Source of the DNA: Oligoflexales bacterium
Lineage (GTDB): Bacteria > Bdellovibrionota_B > Oligoflexia > Oligoflexales > CAIYRB01
Length of the DNA: 64,000 bases
NCBI GenBank assembly: GCA_041736175.1
Contig: JBGSUI010000193.1
Location: forward strand, 17,446-81,445
Direction of reading: 5' to 3'
Shown here: positions 57,742-64,000 of the stretch, in pieces
Layout of the letters: every line of letters begins with the position of its first letter
How positions within the stretch are numbered: position 1 is the stretch's first letter
Made by a program: the position numbers and the translations under genes
Notes under the pieces: model-generated
What the model saw: the letters and a program-made list of their open reading frames with translations, nothing else
The model's database searches: none
What the model was told of the DNA's origin: nothing

Positions 57742-60700
57742 TAAAGATCGGCCTGGACTTCTGGGCCGATCATCTCTCTTGGGTAAGCTAAACTTTACCG
57801 GACAGATCTCCAAACCAATGGACTGGCGTCAGTGGCTTGCAAAGGCCGCGCCCGCGACTTCCCACCCTCTCCTCTCGCGGGATCTGCCATGCCCAGAGGA
57901 CACCGATCTGAGCCCACAGACCCAGGGATTGATTCAGCTTCCCAGTAGCACGACGGCTGTTTATAGCCTTAGATTTGTCCCCGTGACTCTATCAGCTCCC
58001 GCTGATCTGACTTACGAAGACCACAGTGAATCGGTAACGGGACTAAAAATCCTTCAGTTCAATCGTCTCACGGGCGTCCTTTCGCCCCTTCCCAGCCACC
58101 AGATCGATGATCTTGAAGGGATGAATTCTCTCTTTACTCCTGACTCTATGGAATCCCTTCACAGGCTAAGAGCTAGCAGTCGGATCCATCTTAGAGACCA
58201 TGATGTTGTCGCTAGCCCGCAAGGGGACCTGGAATTTGCCCTCCTTGAGGATCTGTCCCGTCGTGGCGAGCTGGTCGATCCCTCGGGAACAGGTCTCTTG
58301 CAGTTTGCCGAACCGCTTCCATGGTCCCTGGGTTGCCACTTATCTTTACCGTTTACTGAAACCAAATCACGAGCACAGCCGCTTATAACTCAGGTCGAAC
58401 TATTTTTATACCAGGGTCATTTGCATCCTTTAACAGAGGCGGGGATGGCCCCCCAGATTCTTATTCCTTGCGAGCAAATCAGCTTTGTTTGGAAATGTGG
58501 CCTGATCCTTTGGCAAAACAAAATCTATACACTCAGCGATCCCCGAGCGGCCTCCCTGATCGATCTCGGAGTCAACTCCCGCAGTCCTGACGTCCCGGTG
58601 GCCGATTGGGGAGACTTTGCCGCCCAAATCATCAGGTCATTTGGTCCTATTGATTTTTGTTTAAGACCTAAAGACCAGTCCATGGGTAGTTTAGTCGTCT
58701 TAGAGCCTGAGATTGTTCCCCACCCGATCCTCTATATCCACAGCCTCCAGGAGACTTCGATTAGTCTATCCCCGGAAAAAGGTCGTCTAAAATTCAAATC
58801 TCAGGTGTGGTTTCGCTACGGCATACCTATCCCAGGCCCGAACGAATATCCCGCAGTCGTACACAAAAAACTCACCCATCCTGGAGAAAGCCTCCTGGGG
58901 ATCCAGAGCGAGCTCCACCAACTCCCTGACCTACCCCCCATGCTGCAGCTAACTCTTTTTTGGCGTGATCATTCCCTCGAAGACCGGGCCGTCGCAGAGC
59001 TGGACAGTCTGGGATTAAGGTTTGCGCCCCGGGATCTAAGCTTTGTCCCTCGATTGAACTCTCCAAACAACGATCCATTAGCCCTCGCCTACCAACTCTT
59101 AGCCAAAAATTGGGAGGTTTGGGCCGAGAAGAGGCAGATCTGCATCGTCGAAGACTTCAAAATTCAGGTGGATCAAGAGATCGATTGGCTGGATATCTCC
59201 TTACAGATTCCTGGCGAAAAACCCCTCTATGGCTGGCAACTGATTTTGATGCTCAAACGTCGATCGTTGTTTGTCCAACTCGGCAACGGAACCCTTGGGG
59301 TGCTCCCTGAAAAGTGGTATCTCCAGCTAGCTAAGCTGATGAACCTCACCGGCGATGATCATACCACTCCCTATCCTCTCTCTGCAGATGGTGTGAGCCT
59401 CCTCGGTCTGAGCGAACTCCTCAATCTAGAGGCGCCTTCCCCCCATCTCAACATCGCGCCCTCACTCCTGGAAAATCTGGATGTCTTGCAAAACCAAGCG
59501 GGCCTCGATGAGGTCGACCTTCCCGAGACATTTCTGGCTGAGCTGCGCCCCTACCAAAAAATCGGTCTCGCCTGGCTCTTGTTTATGCAGCGGATTCGTT
59601 TAGGGGCCTGCCTTGCTGACGATATGGGTCTAGGAAAATCCGTCCAGGTGATCGCCCTGTTTGAAACCCTCCGGAGTCGGCATCTCGACACGCCAGAGAC
59701 ACCTTCCCCATGGCCTGCCTTACTGGTCGTCCCGCGAACTTTGGTCTCTCAGTGGCTGAGTGAATGCCAGCGATTTGCCCCCCAACTCCACACTCGATTT
59801 GTTAAGGGTCGAGACTTAAGCTCGGCCCTTCAGGATCCGAGATCCCAAGTGCTTATCACCACCTTTGGCGCCATGGCTGGCCTTAAACAGGCTTCCCATC
59901 CTAGCGACACCCCGGCGACCTCCCACCCCCACGACCCAATTGTGGTCAAAAGCTTGGTGATCGACGAAGCTCAAAAGATTAAAAACCCCCACACCCTTGC
60001 CTACCAAGGGATGTGCCAGGTCAAAGCTGATTGGCGCCTTGCGCTAACAGGCACGCCCCTCGAAAATCATTGGTACGAATTTTTTGGGCTATTTAACCTG
60101 CTCAATCCCAATATGCGACGGCTCGCCCCCGGTCAATGGGATAGTCCCACCAACGAGAACTTGAGCGAACTGCTGCCTCTTGTTAAACCTTTGACGTTGC
60201 GTCGCCTCAAAACCGAGGTTCTCCGTGACTTGCCGTCTAAGCGGGAAGAGTCGGTCTTTCTAGATATGCTTCCTAAACAACATTTATTTTACAATGAGGT
60301 CAAACAGCTATGTTTGACCATGCTTAACGATACCGGCTCCCTGGTGGATAGCAAAAGCCAGTTTCAGTTTCTCGAGGGCTTACTACGGCTAAGACAAATA
60401 ACCTGCCACCCTGATCTTGTTTTTGGCAAAAACACCGGGGGAAATCTCGAAAAGCGCGTTTTTGGCAACAGTGCAAAAATCGAATTCCTAAAGATTTTGA
60501 TTCCCAACCTCGTCTCCTCAGGGCGAAAGACCGTTATTTTCTCTCAGTTTTCTGCCTTTTTGCAGGTTATCCGAACCATGCTTTTGGACTTGGAGATTCC
60601 CTGTCTCCTGATCGATGGAAAAACCCTGGACCGCCAACAAGTCGTCGACACCTTTCAAACTGATCCCGAATCCCCGGTTCTGCTCGCAAGCATTCGCGTC

Positions 60701-60976
60701 GGTGGAGTAGGCCTAAACCTCACAGCAGCGGATACCTGCATTCTTATGGAGCCGTGGTGGAACCCAGCGGTCGAGGCCCAAGCCGTGGACCGGATCAACC
60801 GGATCGGCCAAAAAAAATCCATCGAGGTTTATCGCCTGTATTGCAAGGATACGATCGAAGAAAAAATCCTCCTCCTACAGCAGTCCAAAGATGAACGGGC
60901 TAAAATGATCCAGTTTTTAACCGATGCCGACGTGGCTCACCTGTCTCGGGAGGATTTTCAGCGGCTACTTGACTAA
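57728..60976 (+). CDS. SNF2/SWI2 family helicase-like ATPase overlapping jetC
   Basis: LRPYQ, LADDMGLGKS, DEAQ, LTGTPLEN, FSQF, GGVGLNLTAA, WWNPAVEAQAVDRINRIGQ; RBS GAGG inside jetC. Confidence 0.93.
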   Translation: MASGDKDRPGLLGRSSLLGKLNFTGQISKPMDWRQWLAKAAPATSHPLLSRDLPCPEDTDLSPQTQGLIQLPSSTTAVYSLRFVPVTLSAPADLTYEDHSESVTGLKILQFNRLTGVLSPLPSHQIDDLEGMNSLFTPDSMESLHRLRASSRIHLRDHDVVASPQGDLEFALLEDLSRRGELVDPSGTGLLQFAEPLPWSLGCHLSLPFTETKSRAQPLITQVELFLYQGHLHPLTEAGMAPQILIPCEQISFVWKCGLILWQNKIYTLSDPRAASLIDLGVNSRSPDVPVADWGDFAAQIIRSFGPIDFCLRPKDQSMGSLVVLEPEIVPHPILYIHSLQETSISLSPEKGRLKFKSQVWFRYGIPIPGPNEYPAVVHKKLTHPGESLLGIQSELHQLPDLPPMLQLTLFWRDHSLEDRAVAELDSLGLRFAPRDLSFVPRLNSPNNDPLALAYQLLAKNWEVWAEKRQICIVEDFKIQVDQEIDWLDISLQIPGEKPLYGWQLILMLKRRSLFVQLGNGTLGVLPEKWYLQLAKLMNLTGDDHTTPYPLSADGVSLLGLSELLNLEAPSPHLNIAPSLLENLDVLQNQAGLDEVDLPETFLAELRPYQKIGLAWLLFMQRIRLGACLADDMGLGKSVQVIALFETLRSRHLDTPETPSPWPALLVVPRTLVSQWLSECQRFAPQLHTRFVKGRDLSSALQDPRSQVLITTFGAMAGLKQASHPSDTPATSHPHDPIVVKSLVIDEAQKIKNPHTLAYQGMCQVKADWRLALTGTPLENHWYEFFGLFNLLNPNMRRLAPGQWDSPTNENLSELLPLVKPLTLRRLKTEVLRDLPSKREESVFLDMLPKQHLFYNEVKQLCLTMLNDTGSLVDSKSQFQFLEGLLRLRQITCHPDLVFGKNTGGNLEKRVFGNSAKIEFLKILIPNLVSSGRKTVIFSQFSAFLQVIRTMLLDLEIPCLLIDGKTLDRQQVVDTFQTDPESPVLLASIRVGGVGLNLTAADTCILMEPWWNPAVEAQAVDRINRIGQKKSIEVYRLYCKDTIEEKILLLQQSKDERAKMIQFLTDADVAHLSREDFQRLLD

Positions 60977-61191
60977 GGCGAGCCACCTGGTTTTCCCTCA
61001 TCTTAGACAGCCATAAGAAGTCGAGGTTCTCAGAGTTTAGGACGCTTACGGGAGTGACTACGACGACCAGACTCCTTGATGCAGCTAAGAAGTATTCTTT
61101 TGAGGTGGTAGGCCTGTCGTTATCTAAGCACGCTTAACTTTGGTCGATTTTTGTCTAGACAATGGGGCCACGTTACATCGCACTGCAACTG

Positions 61192-61572
61192 TCAATCTAC
61201 CGGTAAATAAAAACGCAATCCCATGCTGATACAATTTTGTATTTGCTTGTCGGAAAGAAACCCAAGAGGAGTAATGCCTTCTAAAGACTTCCGTAGCGTG
61301 TAAATCTGACCAACACGGGCTATGCTATCTACTGAAAAAATATTACCCTGCGCTGGAATCTCAACATCTGGATAATTTACGCTCGTCTTTTTTGACACAC
61401 TTTCAATGCAATTAAAAACTGGCCTTTTATCTCTTGTGTTTAAAACAATAAACCTACGGGTTTCTTTTGACTCATCCAAAGGCTGACTTGGGTCTGTGCT
61501 CAACCTACTTTCTGTTTGATTGACAACCAAAACCAACCACCTATCGAACGTGATACTTTTTCGTTGCTGCAT
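61192..61572 (-). CDS. PemK/MazF-like toxin (divergent)
   Basis: KETRRFIVL...DSIARVGQIYTLRKS...LGFLS..QIQNCISMGLRFYL follows the PemK-fold pattern; start uncertain. Confidence 0.6.
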   Translation of the reverse strand: MQQRKSITFDRWLVLVVNQTESRLSTDPSQPLDESKETRRFIVLNTRDKRPVFNCIESVSKKTSVNYPDVEIPAQGNIFSVDSIARVGQIYTLRKSLEGITPLGFLSDKQIQNCISMGLRFYLPVD

Positions 61573-61798
61573 ACTTATCCCTATTATCTTTTGCTTCCTG
61601 ATAAAGTTGTAGTTGATCCATACTTTCTTGGTAGGAATCCTCTTCATATTCATCAGTGTAGGTGTCGTTGGCTAGTTTAGCTTGCAGTGTATTAAGTGCA
61701 GCAGCAATTAATGTTTGCGTATCTCGAAAAAAACCACGCCTGATCATATCTTCAATAATCACTTTACTACTGTCTACGATGTCTATTCTATTTCTCAT
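61541..61798 (-). CDS. RHH ParD-like antitoxin
   Basis: IIEDMIRRGFFRDTQTLIAAALNTL plus an acidic C-terminus; strong RBS GAGGGGG; overlaps the toxin gene. Confidence 0.6.
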   Translation of the reverse strand: MRNRIDIVDSSKVIIEDMIRRGFFRDTQTLIAAALNTLQAKLANDTYTDEYEEDSYQESMDQLQLYQEAKDNRDKYAATKKYHVR

Positions 61799-62063
61799 AA
61801 GCCCCCCTCACTCCTTCACCTTAACTGACGGACCATTTTATGTCAATAATTTTATGGACCATAATTGGTCCATATCTTTCTTATCGTCATTCTGAGTTAA
61901 AACTTTAATTTTAACTTATATAACTGATTTTATGGATGAATTAACTATAGTTAAACAATGAATAGTCTCGATACCCAAGACTTTTATACAACCGGCCTTA
62001 AATCGTGAGAGCGACAAGCACCTGCTTTTTGCTGGACGCGAAGTCCCTATCTTTACGGCCAGT

Positions 62064-63404
62064 TCAACGCGATGTATTCTCAAACTCTTGCTTACGGTTG
62101 TGACAACTAACTTTGTTAGGCTCATATCCCCAGGATGGGTCGTCCTTATGCACGACGGCATATTTGGAGCACAAAGGATAGCCATCGTTTGGTACGTCCT
62201 CCTTAGCTGCTTGGACTTGCAGTCCTTTTGGGTCTTTGCAGGGTTGGCCAATATTAGTAGTACCCGATGCATCACCTTTTGACTGAGATGTACAAGCCAT
62301 GACGAGACAGGGATTCCTTCCCTCAAGCCCGCCAATGATACCAGCCTGCGGTAGATAGGCTATTAGTCTGGCCTGCTCGCTGCAGAATGGGATCACAGGT
62401 CGCCAACAGCTTTGGCCGTTTTCCATACCCCAGCCAGCTGTGTTGACTGAAGCAGAAAACGAACACATCGGATAGCCTCGGGCTGGAGAGGGGCCGATAT
62501 AGCAGGAGGTTCCGTCTGGCTCCGCCCCCCAACCGTGGTGCAATGGATCTTGGATAGCCTTTGCCGAACAGAATTGACGCCTTGGGGTCCCCTCGCGAAC
62601 ACAAAGGACGGTGTTTTTGCTGTAATCACTCCTGTCGCTTTCGAGAGTGCCCACGCGGTATCCAGTAGGACATTCCATTTTTCCGCTCTTAATAAAGCGC
62701 CAAATTTGTTTGATGCCGGCGATATCGTCCCCCGTCAAAGTATCCACTTCATTTGGGGTGTGCATGATGCTTTTGTCATGCTGTTCCCCCATCTTTTGAT
62801 ATCCCCATTCTTCATAGATATCGGCCATGCCCATCAAGTGACCGGTTTCGTGAACATAGACCTTAGGGTCGTTCTTAGCCGACACGGCTAAGAAGCCGCT
62901 TATAAAAGTGGCATGTGCGCGGAAAGGCTCTTGCTTGGCTACGATCAAACGCATCTCAGACGAAGAGTCAGTGCAATTATAAAAATTCGTGGATAGGGAA
63001 AATTGGCATGGATTGACCGAGGTCTGGTTGGCATCAACTGCCATGGTGCGAACATTGAGGGTCACTTGCCGGAGGTTCCAGCCTTCATAGCCTTGCAGAG
63101 GAGCGATCCAAGTCTCCACCGCTTTTTTGAATTGTGCTGCGGCGGCGTCAACCTCGTTTTTTGATCCGTTGACCCATTTGTCTCGGTCAGCAAAAAGCAC
63201 CAAAACATCGAGTTTTCCGCCAGTCCGCTGCAGTATGGAAAGCAATGATTTTTCCTTGAGCGTAGCTGCCATGGCGTTGCCATAAATTCCGAATTTGACG
63301 TCACTCGTTGCTTTGTATGTTTTGCAACCTATGGATATACCCAAGACTTGGAATACCAACGCCAGGATCGCATTCCGTTTAACTGTGGATAGGGAAATTG
63401 GCAT
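62064..63404 (-). CDS. Lipoprotein zinc metalloprotease (metzincin) with CBM10-like Cys-rich repeats
   Basis: ATG 63404 after GGAG; lipobox SIGC; HETGHLMGMAD, Met-turn SIM; repeats YPxCS...WGxE..xSC. Confidence 0.8.
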   Translation of the reverse strand: MPISLSTVKRNAILALVFQVLGISIGCKTYKATSDVKFGIYGNAMAATLKEKSLLSILQRTGGKLDVLVLFADRDKWVNGSKNEVDAAAAQFKKAVETWIAPLQGYEGWNLRQVTLNVRTMAVDANQTSVNPCQFSLSTNFYNCTDSSSEMRLIVAKQEPFRAHATFISGFLAVSAKNDPKVYVHETGHLMGMADIYEEWGYQKMGEQHDKSIMHTPNEVDTLTGDDIAGIKQIWRFIKSGKMECPTGYRVGTLESDRSDYSKNTVLCVREGTPRRQFCSAKAIQDPLHHGWGAEPDGTSCYIGPSPARGYPMCSFSASVNTAGWGMENGQSCWRPVIPFCSEQARLIAYLPQAGIIGGLEGRNPCLVMACTSQSKGDASGTTNIGQPCKDPKGLQVQAAKEDVPNDGYPLCSKYAVVHKDDPSWGYEPNKVSCHNRKQEFENTSR

Positions 63405-63654
63405 GTTCTGGACTCCCGATAGAAAGGGTTTTAAATCTATTTTGCAATTTTGGGACCATGGGTCGTCATTCAGGCAAACGCTCACGATTATAAATCCTTT
63501 TAGTTTATGATCCATCAGATTACCGCCGAGAGTTTGTGCACTGTTTACATGATATACATTTAGGCGCTTGGATCGTGACTGCAAATTGATTAGTGAACTA
63601 GTCGCAGCTTTGTAAGACAATGTTTTTTGTAGATAATCCGGCTTCGACCCCATG

Positions 63655-63805
63655 GTTGGCCAACTGATTCGTCCCGGGCCCAACCCTCGCGGCGAACGGT
63701 CCTTGGAATTGCCGACCTGGATTTTTAGCAATGGGCTCCACCTCTGGAGTCACCGAATCTTGGACTGCATGCTTCTGGCATCGTTCGCCCCGGGACGAAC
63801 TGGCT
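63655..63805. other. GC-rich structured intergenic element (candidate ncRNA or MITE-like)
   Basis: TTCGTCCCGGG(63668)/CCCGGGACGAA(63799), GGCGAACGGT/ATCGTTCGCC, and inner hairpins GGCTCCA/TGGAGTC and ATTGC/GCAAT. Confidence 0.4.
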
Positions 63806-64000
63806 CTAAAAACATTCTATTTTTCAGAAAAAGCTTGACGGGTTTTGGGGCTTACAAATCGGTCCCTCAATTAGCCTCTGCAAGCGATTTGCTGATTTTT
63901 CCGGATCAGATCGATTCAAACCGCCCCATAAACAATTTTGAGGCTTCGAGGGACGTTTTTAAAAAAGACCGCAGACTCCGAGCGGAATGGACTTTTACAA

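Noticed and set aside
60977..61191. Possible jetD remnant after the SNF2 gene
   Set aside because: Only 215 nt, with no ORF or Toprim-like motif
63405..63731. 109-aa N-terminal extension of the metalloprotease in the ORF track
   Set aside because: RBS and lipoprotein signal point to ATG 63404 as the start
1..64000. CRISPR array, tRNA/rRNA, integrase or transposase
   Set aside because: No regularly spaced repeats, cloverleaf structures or recombinase/transposase motifs recognised by eye; island boundaries therefore cannot be fixed

Overview
Bacterial chromosomal DNA. The gene content (TIGR04552-like protein, CglF/GltF-like protein, many Cys-rich lipoproteins) suggests Bdellovibrionota/Oligoflexia or a related lineage; this is inference. 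The left half (1-30.7 kb) is mostly envelope and housekeeping genes: two paralogous lipoproteins, PepSY and cytochrome b, an AAA-nuclease, a lipoxygenase with a Tat-signal partner, a cysteine desulfurase, ccmABCDE-G, khpA and nagZ, plus an AT-richer ABC-ATPase/small-protein pair. The right half (about 30.9-61.8 kb) looks like a defence/conflict-rich region. It holds a specialised Hsp70 operon (Hsp70, Zn-ribbon membrane protein, helical protein with an HPD-less J-like domain, GrpE), three SNF2 helicases, a large 2OG-Fe(II) oxygenase, three pilin-like genes and an RHH/MazF-like toxin-antitoxin pair. Its most striking element is a Wadjet jetABC operon in which an overlapping SNF2 helicase gene sits where the jetD nuclease normally lies. 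I saw no rRNA, tRNA, CRISPR array, integrase or transposase. All family calls come from motif recognition by eye, not from database searches.
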